Part shown: positions 8,769 to 18,743 of the stretch, in pieces | How the letters are laid out: every line of letters begins with the position of its first letter | Position numbering within the stretch: position 1 is the first letter of the stretch | Assembly (NCBI GenBank): GCA_030692905.1 | Contig: JAUYBT010000144.1 | Span: 1 to 58,943 of the forward strand | Source of the DNA: Bacteroidales bacterium | Lineage (GTDB): Bacteria > Bacteroidota > Bacteroidia > Bacteroidales > VadinHA17 | Direction of reading: 5' to 3' | Length of the DNA stretch: 58,943 nucleotides | The notes under the pieces: model-generated | What the model saw: only the letters and a program-made list of their open reading frames with translations | The model's database searches: none | Told to the model about the DNA's origin: nothing | Position numbers and translations under genes: made by a program

Positions 8769-10721
8769 ATGACAAGTAGTTATATGAAGAATTGGTTAAT
8801 CTCCAGAAATATTTTCGTAGTTCTGGCTTATAGGGTTTTACTTATTATGCTCCTTTTCTCATTGTGCAGGATTGGTTTCTTCCTGTTTAACTATAAGATG
8901 TTCCCCGGAGTATCCTTAACTCATTTTATTATAATATTAAAAGGAGGCTTGTCATTTGATATATCAGCCGTAGTATATATAAACATACTTTTCATCCTGT
9001 TGCATATTGTGCCTCTAGAGATTCGCTACAATGATGTTTATCAGGTGGTGCTTAAGTATCTCTATTTTATTACAAATGGGATCGCAATTGCAATGAACGG
9101 GATGGACTTTGTTTATTACAGGTTTATTGATAAAAGAGCCACAGCAGATGTTTTTAAAACATTTGAACATGAAACGAATCTGATGAAATTGTTTTTCAGG
9201 TTTCTGATCGATTACTGGCCGGCTACCCTGTTCACGCTTTCTACATGGTTTCTGATGGTTTACCTTTATAGAAAGGTTAATGTGAAAAGACCTGCACCAG
9301 CCGGCAAAATCGGTTATTATGTGGTAAACATCCTGATGATACCTTTGATAATAGCCCTGGTTATTGGTGCTGCACGTGGTGGTTATAAACATTCAACACG
9401 TCCGATAACGATCAGCAACGCTGCCCGATATGTTGAAACACCACGCGATGTTGCTATTGTTCTGAATACCCCATTCTGTTTCTTCAGGACTTTTGACAAA
9501 AAAGCATTAGTGAAGTATGAATTCTTTGATAATGAAAAGCTTAATAAACTATATAACCCTCACTATATTCCTGTCCAAACAAAACCTTTCTCCAATGATA
9601 ATGTAGTTGTTATCATCCTCGAGAGTTTTGCCAGGGAGTATATCGGAGCTTTAAACCATGGACTGGATGGAGGTACCTATGAGGGTTACACACCATTTAT
9701 AGATTCCCTTATTAATGTAAGTCTCACATTTGATGTTTCTATTGCGAACGGTAAGAAATCTATCGATGCAATGCCTTCAATTCTAGCATCAGTGCCTTCA
9801 CTCGAAACGCCATATACCATTTCGCATTATGCCAATAATCAAATTAACGGACTTCCTGAATTACTTAAAAGGAAAGGATACTATACGGCTTTTTTCCATG
9901 GCGCACCCAATGGCTCGATGGGATTTGATTCATTCGCAAAAATTGCGGGATTTGATGACTACTTCGGGCTTGATCAATATCCGGAAAAATCGGATTTTGA
10001 TGGTATGTGGGGAGTTTGGGATGAACCCTTCTTTAAATTTTTTGCAGGGAAACTTAACAACTTCAAACAACCATTTTTAGCTTCTATATTTTCAGTCTCA
10101 TCGCATCATCCGTTTGAAGTTCCTGAAAAATACACAGGTAAATTTAAAAAAGGTCATGCTCCAATCGTTGAAGTAGTAGGTTATACTGATCTTGCATTAC
10201 GCGAATTATTCGATGAGATTTCATCAAGCCCCTGGTTTAAAAATACTCTTTTTGTAATTACCGCAGATCATACCAATGAATCGATACATAAAGAATTCCA
10301 GAATAACTTTGGCTCTTACAGTATTCCTATAATATTTTATAAACCGGGAAGCGATTTAGGAGGTATTAAGAACCAGATAGCACAACAGATTGATATAATG
10401 CCAACTATTTTAAGTTATCTGAATTATGATGAAGAGTATATTGCCTTTGGTAACAATCTTTTAGACGATTCATATGAATCATTTGCGTTCAATACTAATG
10501 GTAGCGATTATCATCTGTATATGAAAGATTATATTTTGGAAATGATTGATAATAAGTCTGTTGGTTTGTTTAACTATAAAGATGACATATTTCTTGAGAA
10601 AAGCCTCATTGGTAAAAATCCGGAACTTCAATTACAGATGGAGGAAAAACTGAAAGCTATCATTCAAACCTATAACAGCAGACTTATTGATAATAATATG
10701 ATCGTCAGAAAACAGGAATAA
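8769..10721 (+). CDS. LTA-synthase / sulfatase-family membrane protein (alkaline-phosphatase superfamily)
   Basis: The N-terminal third is multi-TM, followed by VVVIILESFAREY, SVSSHHPFEVP and FVITADHTNE motifs. The true start may be the internal Met at 8784. Confidence 0.75.
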   Translation: MTSSYMKNWLISRNIFVVLAYRVLLIMLLFSLCRIGFFLFNYKMFPGVSLTHFIIILKGGLSFDISAVVYINILFILLHIVPLEIRYNDVYQVVLKYLYFITNGIAIAMNGMDFVYYRFIDKRATADVFKTFEHETNLMKLFFRFLIDYWPATLFTLSTWFLMVYLYRKVNVKRPAPAGKIGYYVVNILMIPLIIALVIGAARGGYKHSTRPITISNAARYVETPRDVAIVLNTPFCFFRTFDKKALVKYEFFDNEKLNKLYNPHYIPVQTKPFSNDNVVVIILESFAREYIGALNHGLDGGTYEGYTPFIDSLINVSLTFDVSIANGKKSIDAMPSILASVPSLETPYTISHYANNQINGLPELLKRKGYYTAFFHGAPNGSMGFDSFAKIAGFDDYFGLDQYPEKSDFDGMWGVWDEPFFKFFAGKLNNFKQPFLASIFSVSSHHPFEVPEKYTGKFKKGHAPIVEVVGYTDLALRELFDEISSSPWFKNTLFVITADHTNESIHKEFQNNFGSYSIPIIFYKPGSDLGGIKNQIAQQIDIMPTILSYLNYDEEYIAFGNNLLDDSYESFAFNTNGSDYHLYMKDYILEMIDNKSVGLFNYKDDIFLEKSLIGKNPELQLQMEEKLKAIIQTYNSRLIDNNMIVRKQE

Positions 10722-10785
10722 ATATAATCTGTGGTTTAAAGCATTGCTTATCTTTGAATAGAACATCTTCTTAAACCTATCCATA

Positions 10786-11931
10786 ATGTTGAAACAATTT
10801 TTCTCCCAATTAGACCGATTCAGGGTTAGCCGCCCTGGATTAACTGTCTCATCACGTGTAAATTCTGTTGATGCCCTTCGGGGGTTCGACCTTTTTTGGA
10901 TAATTGGAGCGGAAGCTGTACTGAAGAGCCTCAATCGTATTTTCGACTCACCAACAACCAATTTTATTTCAACCCAACTTAATCATGTGGAATGGACAGG
11001 TTTCAGATTCTATGAGCTCATTATGCCTTTATTCCTTTTCATAGTCGGGGTTTCACTACCTTTTTCTTTCCGCCGGAGATTGGAAAAATCACCATCAAAA
11101 GCTGCTTTGTGGCCTCATATTATCAAGCGGGTATTACTGCTATGGATACTTGGTATTGCCGTACAAGGGAATCTTTTTGATTATGACTGGAGTAAAATAA
11201 AATTCTATAGTAACACACTTCAGGCAATTGCCAGCGGATATCTTATTTCTGCAATTCTTGTTCTTTATCTGAAAGTATCATGGCAGGCAATAGGTACACT
11301 TCTTCTTATGCTGGTATACTGGGCAATATTGGCGTTGGCTCCTGTGCCTGGTGTCGGAGCAGGTGTTATTACTCCGGATGGGAATTTTGCTATCTACTTC
11401 GATAAACTCATCCTTGGCTCATTTCAGGATGGAACAACATATTCATGGATTGTCAGCAGTCTGAATTTTGGTGCGACAACAATGCTTGGTGTCTTTGCAG
11501 GGTATCTGTTACAGTCTGAACTTAAAATTAATAAAAAGGTGATCTGGCTCGTAATAGCAGGCATCGCCCTGATAATCCTTGGTAGTATATGGCATATCTG
11601 GCTACCTTCGGTTAAACATATCTGGACAAGTTCCTTCGTTCTGTTTTCCGGTGGTATTTGTCTTTTATCATTAGCACTTTTTCTATGGCTTGTTGACGGA
11701 CTTAATTTTAAGAAGGGATTTCTGTTCTTCACAATAATAGGGATGAATGCAATATTTGCATATTGTGCTTCTCACCTGTTTAATTTCGGACAGGTTGCTG
11801 ATGTGGTTGTCGGCGGACTAAAACAATACACAGGGGACTGGTACCGGTTTATCAGAGCTTTAGGAGGATTTGGAGTACTATACCTGATTCTATGGCAGAT
11901 GTACAAATATAAAATATTTATAAAAATTTAA
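10786..11931 (+). CDS. DUF5009/HGSNAT-like acyltransferase-family membrane protein
   Basis: RVNSVDALRGFDLFWIIG motif followed by roughly 10 hydrophobic segments. Confidence 0.65.
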   Translation: MLKQFFSQLDRFRVSRPGLTVSSRVNSVDALRGFDLFWIIGAEAVLKSLNRIFDSPTTNFISTQLNHVEWTGFRFYELIMPLFLFIVGVSLPFSFRRRLEKSPSKAALWPHIIKRVLLLWILGIAVQGNLFDYDWSKIKFYSNTLQAIASGYLISAILVLYLKVSWQAIGTLLLMLVYWAILALAPVPGVGAGVITPDGNFAIYFDKLILGSFQDGTTYSWIVSSLNFGATTMLGVFAGYLLQSELKINKKVIWLVIAGIALIILGSIWHIWLPSVKHIWTSSFVLFSGGICLLSLALFLWLVDGLNFKKGFLFFTIIGMNAIFAYCASHLFNFGQVADVVVGGLKQYTGDWYRFIRALGGFGVLYLILWQMYKYKIFIKI

Positions 11932-11933
11932 TT

Positions 11934-12773
11934 ATGAAATCACGTCGTCAATTTTTTAAGTTAGCCGGTACCGGCATTCTTGCAGCAGGTGTTTCCTCTG
12001 TTTATGCTTCCACAAGCGTTCCGGGCTTTATTGAAAATACAGAAAATACTTTCAGTGTTGGAATGGCAGGCTATACATTCAGGGAATTCACTGTTGAGAA
12101 AACCATCGAAATGATGAAGAGGATAGGGGTTACAAATCTATCCCTGAAAGATTTTCACATGCCAATGAACAGCACCCGGGAACAGATTAATGCAGTTTTG
12201 GAGAAGTTTAAAATTGAAGGAATTAATGTTTACACTGTTGGTGTCGTTTACATGAAGACCAAGGAGTCAGTTGATCAGGCCTTTGAATATGCAAAAATGG
12301 CCGGAGTTAAAATGATTGTCGGAGCCCCTAATTACGAGCTTCTACCATACGTAGAGAAAAAGATAAAAACATACGACTTCAAAATGGCAATTCATAATCA
12401 TGGTCCGGACAACCCGCTATATCCGAATGCTACAGATATATGGGACCATGTAAAAGAACTTGATCCTCGAATCGGGATATGCATCGATATCGGACATACA
12501 ACCAGGGACGGTCAGGATCCCTCAGTTGATATTGAGAAATACAGCAAACGGATTTATGACATTCACATCAAGGATGTTGACAAGGCAGCAAAAGAGGGTA
12601 AAACAATTGAGATGGGACGTGGAATTATCGATATTCCAAAGGTTGTTGCCACTCTTCGTAAAATAAAGTACAGTGGAAAATGCAGCCTTGAATTTGAAAA
12701 AGATATGAAAGACCCGCTTGCAGGAATTGCCGAATCAATAGGATATTTCAAAGGGGTGATGGCTTGTAGGTAG
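11934..12773 (+). CDS. Tat-exported sugar phosphate isomerase/epimerase (xylose-isomerase-like TIM barrel)
   Basis: Twin-arginine leader MKSRRQFFKLAGTGILAAG. Metal-ligand-like regions AIHNHGPDN and ICIDIGH. Confidence 0.8.
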   Translation: MKSRRQFFKLAGTGILAAGVSSVYASTSVPGFIENTENTFSVGMAGYTFREFTVEKTIEMMKRIGVTNLSLKDFHMPMNSTREQINAVLEKFKIEGINVYTVGVVYMKTKESVDQAFEYAKMAGVKMIVGAPNYELLPYVEKKIKTYDFKMAIHNHGPDNPLYPNATDIWDHVKELDPRIGICIDIGHTTRDGQDPSVDIEKYSKRIYDIHIKDVDKAAKEGKTIEMGRGIIDIPKVVATLRKIKYSGKCSLEFEKDMKDPLAGIAESIGYFKGVMACR

Positions 12774-12825
12774 GCAGTAAGCAGTAAGCAGTAGGCAGAA
12801 CTACCAGTTGTGAGCTCTGAACTCT
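12770..12825. repeat. heptamer tract starting on the stop codon
   Basis: GTAGGCA GTAAGCA GTAAGCA GTAGGCA (12770-12797) overlaps the TAG stop at 12771-12773, followed by GAGCTCT GAACTCT (12812-12825). Confidence 0.7.
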
Positions 12826-12839
12826 GTGCCATAAGCCTA

Positions 12840-13300
12840 TTAATATTTCTTCAACAGATCAAGCAATTTACTATCTAATTTATGCCCGTACCAGTCTGTA
12901 TAATTTACGTCGGTACGGCCTGAATCCATTATACCAAAATCTCCTCTGAAATTCCAGAGTGCGTAACCGATACCATTTTGTGTAAGTATATCTACTACAT
13001 CACCAAACCAGGCCAGAAATATGTCATGGGGTGTTTTTTTCCAGCAACCGCATTCCCCAATGAAAATTAAAAGCATCCTGGGCCTCTTTATCTTTCCATA
13101 GATTGAATGGCTCGTGGAAACCTGCATTAATACAATATCCAGATGTCCGTTGTATTATAATTAAAGATGCAAATAATCGCTTTCAACGTCAGCAAATGCC
13201 ACAATTTACCTATGTTAAAGATTTAATTGATACAATCTTTTTTGATTTAGGGGAAGAACTTTCAGGATATTTAATTTTAAGTTGAGCATTGGCGAAATCC
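12840..13300 (-). pseudogene. decayed glycoside hydrolase family 5-like gene (C-terminal fragment plus frameshifted upstream pieces)
   Basis: Track ORF 12840..13127 encodes LIFIGECGCW (a GE.G nucleophile-type motif) and YALWNFRGDFGI. A stop lies just upstream in frame, and another frame reads INAGFHEPFNLW (an H.Y.P..F-like motif) far too close to the nucleophile, so both a deletion and a frameshift are implied. Confidence 0.5.
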
Positions 13301-13410
13301 TATTACAGGAGCGACCAATGAAACAAGCTTTACTGCCCTTCCGGGGTTATTGCTTTTAAAAAGGCCAGTTTTTTGAATTGTTGCACCATAGTTGCACATA
13401 TAGACCTCTT

Positions 13411-13441
13411 AAAAAAGTTAAGCCCCTGAAAATCAGAGGCT
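13411..13441 (-). terminator. intrinsic terminator of tRNA-Asp
   Basis: On the minus strand: AGCCTCTGA-TTT-TCAGGGGCT (9 bp including one G.U), followed by TAACTTTTTT. Confidence 0.65.
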
Positions 13442-13456
13442 TTATTTTTAATTTAG

Positions 13457-13530
13457 CGGTGCGGACGGGACTCGAACCCGCGACCCACGGCGTGACAGGC
13501 CGTTATTCTAACCAACTGAACTACCGCACC
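13457..13530 (-). tRNA. tRNA-Asp (anticodon GTC)
   Basis: Reverse complement GGTGCGGTAGTTCAGTTGGTTAGAATAACGGCCTGTCACGCCGTGGGTCGCGGGTTCGAGTCCCGTCCGCACCG. It has a cloverleaf acceptor GGTGCGG/CCGCACC, anticodon loop CTGTCAC and T-arm GGTTCGAGTCC. CCA is not encoded. Confidence 0.93.
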
Positions 13531-13543
13531 AATTATTGAGCTG

Positions 13544-13573
13544 CAAAATTAAGCTAATTTTTAATTCTGCAAA
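13544..13573 (-). promoter_or_regulatory. Bacteroidota-type promoter for tRNA-Asp
   Basis: On the minus strand, TTTG (plus 13570-13573) is followed by an 18-nt spacer and TAATTTTG (plus 13544-13551), 13 nt before the mature tRNA 5' end. This matches the -33 TTTG / -7 TAnnTTTG consensus. Confidence 0.6.
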
Positions 13574-13717
13574 ATTAATTTTATCAAAAATTTCATTTTT
13601 GGTTCGGATCGTAACCGGATCAAAGGTGAATCAGATTGAGAAGGATTATTAACTCATTATCAACCTGTAAATCGATCAAAAAATAATACATTTGCTAAAG
13701 CATGTAAAAACACTGGT

Positions 13718-15748
13718 GTGAAGCGATTTCTTATCCTGGTATTCTTATTGTACAGCTTTAGCAAGCCTTCTTATTCTCAAAGTTTTACAGACAGCAACCT
13801 GCCCATTGTAATAATAAATACTGATGGAGGTATTGCAATACCCGATAACCCAAGGGTTTTTGCCACAATGAAAATAATTTACAGAGGAGAAGGCTTCCGG
13901 AATTACCTTACCGATCAGGATAATGCGGAATATTTAAACTATAATGGCAGGATAAATATAGAAATAAGGGGTTCAAGCTCACAGGTACTGCCAAAAAAGC
14001 AATATGGACTGACGACAATTAAAGCTGATAATATTTCAAATAATAATGTAAACTTACTGGGTCTCCCAAGTGAAAACGACTGGATACTCAACGGACTTGG
14101 ATTCGAGCCATCACTTATACGCGATTACCTTAACTATAATTTATCGCGTATGATGGGAGAATATGCAAGCAGAACTGTTTATTGTGAAGTAATAATAAAT
14201 GGCTTTTATCAAGGCCTTTATGTTCTTCAGGAAAAAATAAAACAGGGATCCGGCAGGGTTGATATTATGAAAATCGGCACTGGCGACAACTCCTTCCCAA
14301 ACGTCACCGGTGGATATATTACAAAAGCTGATAAAACGACAGGTGGTGATCCGGTCGCATGGAAAATGTCAAGTTACTGGGGGATAAACGATGTTGCATT
14401 CATCCATGAACTTCCAAAACCTGAAAATGTAACAACCTGGCAGAACACCTATATCCGGTCTGAATTTGAAAAGTTGAGTACTACTGCCTCTGGCGGCAAT
14501 ATATCTTTAGAGTACGGGTATCCTTCAGTGATCGATATCCCCTCTTTTATTGATTATATGATAATAAACGAATTGTCTGCAAATGCCGATGCATATCAGT
14601 TCAGTACCTTCTACCATAAAGACAGGAATGGGAAATTGCGGGCAGGACCAATTTGGGACATGAATTTAACCTATGGATATGACTTGGCTATATGGGGATT
14701 TGACAGGAGCAAAACCAATACATGGCAATTTTCCAACGGTGATAATGAAGGTCCTAAATTCTGGCGAGACCTGTTCAATAATCCGGAATTCAGATGCTAC
14801 CTTTCAAAAAGATGGAACCAGCTTATTCAACCTGGCCAACCGTTAAATCTCTCAGCTATTGAATCCTTTATCGACCAGACTGTTGCGACTATAAGCGAGG
14901 CTGTTGTCCGGGAAAATTACAAATGGGGTACTGTACCAAATCATTCAAATGAGATAATTAAGATTAAGGATTTTCTGAAGCAGCGAATCGCATGGATAAC
15001 ATCATCTATTGGTCCCTGGTCAAATTGCAGTAGTGTGGAAACTCCTTCTCTTGTAATTACAAAAATAATGTATAATCCGGATACGACTATTGCTTTTCCA
15101 AACAGTAGTGACCAGGAATTCATTGAAATAAAAAACACAGGAAATAAGTCAGTTAACTTAACAGGGGTTTATTTCAGCGGGACAGGATTTGTTTACCAAT
15201 TCCCGGTTTACACTATTATTGTACCTAACGGAACAAAAATTCTTGCTGGCAATGCGGCTGTTTTCAAGGCAAAATATGGTTTCAATCCTTCCGGACAATT
15301 TACAAGGAATTTAACAAATACCGGTGAGAACCTTGTCCTTGCTGACGGATTTGGAAATGTAATTGACAATGTTCAGTATTCTAATCTGGCACCATGGCCA
15401 AATGCTGATGGCAACGGGTATTTTTTAGAATTAACCGACCCGTTTTCAGACAACAGTATTGCAACTAACTGGACTGCAATTTCCGGGACTATTGTATCTG
15501 TTGAAGATGCTGAAAATGACCAATGGCTGAAATTTTATCCCTCACCTGTAAAAAATAATCTTACAATAGAGTCAGGAGGCAAAGAGTATGCCTTACAAAT
15601 ATTTGATTTCCAAGGGCGTATATTAAAAACTGTCTATGTTAATTCGGATACTTATAGCCTGGATATGACCTCTTATTTCCCGGGTATATATCTGATTAAA
15701 GTAACTACATCTGAAGGGAGTTTTGTCCGGAAAATCACAAAAGAATAA
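13718..15748 (+). CDS. secreted CotH-family protein with lamin-tail-like domain and T9SS C-terminal sorting domain
   Basis: GTG start. Signal peptide MKRFLILVFLLYSFSKPSYSQ. CotH-like core (IRDYLNYNLSRMMGEYASRTVYCEVIINGFYQGLYVLQEKI). C-terminal KFYPSPVKNNLTIE...GIYLIKVTTSEGSFVRKITK is typical of Por/T9SS CTDs. Confidence 0.8.
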   Translation: MKRFLILVFLLYSFSKPSYSQSFTDSNLPIVIINTDGGIAIPDNPRVFATMKIIYRGEGFRNYLTDQDNAEYLNYNGRINIEIRGSSSQVLPKKQYGLTTIKADNISNNNVNLLGLPSENDWILNGLGFEPSLIRDYLNYNLSRMMGEYASRTVYCEVIINGFYQGLYVLQEKIKQGSGRVDIMKIGTGDNSFPNVTGGYITKADKTTGGDPVAWKMSSYWGINDVAFIHELPKPENVTTWQNTYIRSEFEKLSTTASGGNISLEYGYPSVIDIPSFIDYMIINELSANADAYQFSTFYHKDRNGKLRAGPIWDMNLTYGYDLAIWGFDRSKTNTWQFSNGDNEGPKFWRDLFNNPEFRCYLSKRWNQLIQPGQPLNLSAIESFIDQTVATISEAVVRENYKWGTVPNHSNEIIKIKDFLKQRIAWITSSIGPWSNCSSVETPSLVITKIMYNPDTTIAFPNSSDQEFIEIKNTGNKSVNLTGVYFSGTGFVYQFPVYTIIVPNGTKILAGNAAVFKAKYGFNPSGQFTRNLTNTGENLVLADGFGNVIDNVQYSNLAPWPNADGNGYFLELTDPFSDNSIATNWTAISGTIVSVEDAENDQWLKFYPSPVKNNLTIESGGKEYALQIFDFQGRILKTVYVNSDTYSLDMTSYFPGIYLIKVTTSEGSFVRKITKE

Positions 15749-15767
15749 ATCCGGATTCCGGAAACTA

Positions 15768-16310
15768 TCATGTAATTGAAGGTTTGAAAAAACTAAAATT
15801 CACCCCTCCGTAATTACGATGCTCAAAAAATAATTTATGACCGGTGAAACTTAAGCCCTTTGGATGCTCAAGTATAAAAAATCCATCTTCATAAATCACC
15901 CCGGCCTGTGTAACAAGATCCGGCAGTTCTTTGAGCCATTTAAGATCATAAGGAGGATCGGCAAACACAATATCATATTTAACTGAACAAGTCTTTAAAT
16001 ATGCCCTTACATCAATATGTATAGTTCTGATATTTTCGATATCCAGATCCTTTATTATACGTTTAATACCTGAAATATGTCTCGGATCTTTTTCAACCAG
16101 ATGCACAGAAGCAGCTCCCCTGGACGCAAATTCATAGCTTATACTGCCCGTACCGGAAAAAAGATCTAACACGTTAATAGTTTCAAAATCAACCCTGTTA
16201 TTCAGAATGTTGAACAGCCCTTCACGTGCAAAGTCAGTAGTCGGCCTTGCTTTTAAGTTTCCGGGAGGAACAATCCTCCTGCCTTTATATTTACCTCCTA
16301 TTATCCGCAA
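15768..16310 (-). CDS. rsmD: 16S rRNA (guanine966-N2)-methyltransferase
   Basis: MRIIGGKYKGRRI start, SAM motif LDLFSGTGS and VFADPPYD motif. Confidence 0.9.
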   Translation of the reverse strand: MRIIGGKYKGRRIVPPGNLKARPTTDFAREGLFNILNNRVDFETINVLDLFSGTGSISYEFASRGAASVHLVEKDPRHISGIKRIIKDLDIENIRTIHIDVRAYLKTCSVKYDIVFADPPYDLKWLKELPDLVTQAGVIYEDGFFILEHPKGLSFTGHKLFFEHRNYGGVNFSFFKPSIT

Positions 16311-17197
16311 TTTACGACACTGAAAAGATTAAGAAACCGGTGAAGATCCATATCATTAAATACATAACTGAAGGTGAAATTACCTGATGGTTCGGCAAAT
16401 TTTATATTTCGTACGTATATTGAAAAATTAGAGGAAAGATCATCATATTTTTCTGTCAGACCACTGAAGTAAATTGTCTCTTCCTGTTTGATATCCAGGT
16501 TTTTAAATACATTCAGCACGAAATAGAGGATGTCTGATATATTTCTGTAATTAAATGTATTACAGAATTTTAATAAGTTATTGTTAAAAATTATCAGATT
16601 AAAGAATTCCTTTTCAACATGAATATTAATACAATTCCCGTTTACACTTTTCCTGCTGTGAGAAATATGGTCGAATAATGGTTTAATATGATGATATGGG
16701 TGTGCTCCGGGATAGAAACTATTTATCAGATCGTTTACCGGTTTTGGTACAGAGAACACAAGATATGCATCAGGATCACTTATTCTATTGGCAATGATCA
16801 TATTACCATCTTCCTTAATGTGATTGAATTTGAAGTATTCATCTTTCTTAGCCGGATCAAAAAGAGGTGCCGGAATAAGGGTAAACTTTTTGGAAGGCAT
16901 TACAACATTGACTTTTTTATATCGCTTTGTCAGGAATTCATCTTTGCTCAGCAACTCATTTATCTTATCGGAATTGAAATATTTATTCTCTTCAGGTTCA
17001 AATGCACGTATCAGAACAAATTTGTTTCTTATTGTATCGAGAAGACAAAAAGAGAATCCGTCAGGGCTTACCTGAATTGATAACTCGTAGTTTTCAGTCG
17101 AGTTTATATCGAGTGTCTCATCAAAGAGTTCAATATTCGGTGCTTTCAGAGGACTACGGTTTTTATTAATCAGAAGATTGCTTAAGTTTACAAACAA
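16301..17197 (-). CDS. DUF3822-like protein
   Basis: Roughly 300-aa conserved hypothetical overlapping rsmD by 10 nt, the usual Bacteroidota DUF3822-rsmD arrangement. TTG start in the track; the true start is uncertain. Confidence 0.55.
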   Translation of the reverse strand: MFVNLSNLLINKNRSPLKAPNIELFDETLDINSTENYELSIQVSPDGFSFCLLDTIRNKFVLIRAFEPEENKYFNSDKINELLSKDEFLTKRYKKVNVVMPSKKFTLIPAPLFDPAKKDEYFKFNHIKEDGNMIIANRISDPDAYLVFSVPKPVNDLINSFYPGAHPYHHIKPLFDHISHSRKSVNGNCINIHVEKEFFNLIIFNNNLLKFCNTFNYRNISDILYFVLNVFKNLDIKQEETIYFSGLTEKYDDLSSNFSIYVRNIKFAEPSGNFTFSYVFNDMDLHRFLNLFSVVNCG

Positions 17198-17245
17198 AAT
17201 TATAAAAAATATTCATGTAGCAATTTAAGTTGTTATCAAATAGCG

Positions 17246-18661
17246 ATGCGCGATACCATTATATATAATCAGTTGTGTAAAAATCTGGGGAATATTCCAA
17301 CGGATGATCAATCTGCCGCACTGAAGAAAATAGCCGGATATATTTGTGATAACAATAACGATGTAATTTTTCTCATGACCGGATATGCCGGGACAGGAAA
17401 GACAAGCGTCATCAGTTCAATCGTTAAAACCCTCGATCTGTTAAGGATGCGTTCGGTTCTTCTTGCCCCTACCGGAAGAGCCGCAAAAGTACTTGCATCG
17501 TTTGCCGGCAGACAGGCTTTTACCATTCATAAAAAGATATACAGGCAGAAATCCTCAAAAGATGGTATTGGAAATTTTACACTCGACAGAAACCTTCATA
17601 AGGATACTTTTTTTATTGTAGATGAAGCATCGATGGTATCGAACAGTTCGGGCGACTCATCATTATTTGGCAGCGGCAGACTTCTCGACGACCTGATTGA
17701 ATATGTTTACTCGGGAACCGATTGTAAACTTATCATTGTCGGGGATACTGCCCAGCTTCCTCCTGTCGGGTCGATCGTCAGCCCGGCTCTCGATGCTTCC
17801 GCTCTCGGAGAATACGGATTTGGTCTGATCTCCTGCGAATTGAAACAGGTGGTACGACAGAGCGAGACATCCGGAGTGCTCATGAACGCCACCCGCATTC
17901 GCCTGCAGGTTGCAGAAAATGATCTGGTTCATCCGTCTATTGATTGCATTAACTATAAAGATACTATCAGAATAACAGGAGAGGAGCTTATTGATGAGAT
18001 TTCGGCAGCATATGGAACCTGCGGGATGGAAGGAACAATTATTGTTGTGAATTCAAATAAGCAGGCGAACCGTTATAACCAGGGGATCCGTAACAGGATA
18101 TTCTTCAGGGAGGAGGAGATAAGCTCCGGCGATATGGTGATGGTGGTGAAAAACAATTACTCTATTATTGATGAAGAAGAGGGTGGGATAGGGTTCATCG
18201 CAAACGGAGATATTGCTGAAGTTAAAAAAATCAGAAAATATGAGGAGAGGTACGGGTTCCGTTTTGCAGATATGGTTATGAAGTTTCCTGACTATAATCT
18301 GGAAATTGAGTCGAAGGTGATGATGGATGTTCTCCATCTTGATACACCGGCTTTGCCTTCAGAGAAAAACAAGGAGCTATACCAGAATGTTCTGGCTGAT
18401 TATCTGCATATTAAAGCAAGAAGGAAACAATTTGAAGCCGTAAGGAATGACCCATATTTCAATGCTCTTCAGATTAAATTCGCTTATGCTGTCACTTGTC
18501 ACAAAGCCCAGGGCGGACAGTGGGAGAGGGTCTTCATTGATCAGGGAATGTTCAACAGGAACGAAATTACTATTGACTACCTCCGTTGGTTTTATACAGC
18601 GATGACAAGGTCAACAGATAAGGTTTATCTGGTTAATTTTTCGGAAGAATGGTTTAAATAA
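17246..18661 (+). CDS. RecD2/TraA-like SF1 DNA helicase (AAA_30 + UvrD_C_2 architecture)
   Basis: Walker A GYAGTGKTS, Walker B IVDEASMV, and C-terminal AYAVTCHKAQGGQWERVFI. Confidence 0.8.
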   Translation: MRDTIIYNQLCKNLGNIPTDDQSAALKKIAGYICDNNNDVIFLMTGYAGTGKTSVISSIVKTLDLLRMRSVLLAPTGRAAKVLASFAGRQAFTIHKKIYRQKSSKDGIGNFTLDRNLHKDTFFIVDEASMVSNSSGDSSLFGSGRLLDDLIEYVYSGTDCKLIIVGDTAQLPPVGSIVSPALDASALGEYGFGLISCELKQVVRQSETSGVLMNATRIRLQVAENDLVHPSIDCINYKDTIRITGEELIDEISAAYGTCGMEGTIIVVNSNKQANRYNQGIRNRIFFREEEISSGDMVMVVKNNYSIIDEEEGGIGFIANGDIAEVKKIRKYEERYGFRFADMVMKFPDYNLEIESKVMMDVLHLDTPALPSEKNKELYQNVLADYLHIKARRKQFEAVRNDPYFNALQIKFAYAVTCHKAQGGQWERVFIDQGMFNRNEITIDYLRWFYTAMTRSTDKVYLVNFSEEWFK

Positions 18662-18743
18662 AAAAAAGTCTTGCTCCCTTCGATCGCTTGCTTGAAGTCT
18701 TGGCCTCCGGACTGTCTTGCGCTTAGCGTTTATCGGAAAGTTT

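Noticed and set aside
13411-13717. tRNA-Asp as a possible integration site for a genomic island (the GH5 remnant lies beside it).
   Set aside because: There is no integrase gene, no duplicated tRNA 3' segment and no att-like direct repeat on either side. The direct repeat CTGCAAAATTAA x2 (13541-13552 and 13566-13577) is explained by the -33/-7 promoter elements.
18662-18743. Spacer after the helicase gene (GTCTTGC...AAGTCTTGG...GACTGTCTTGCG...TTAGCGTTTATCGG) as another period-7 tract.
   Set aside because: It contains repeated words and the shared TTAGCGTTTAT motif, but I could not place it in a consistent 7-nt register, so it is not counted as a tract.
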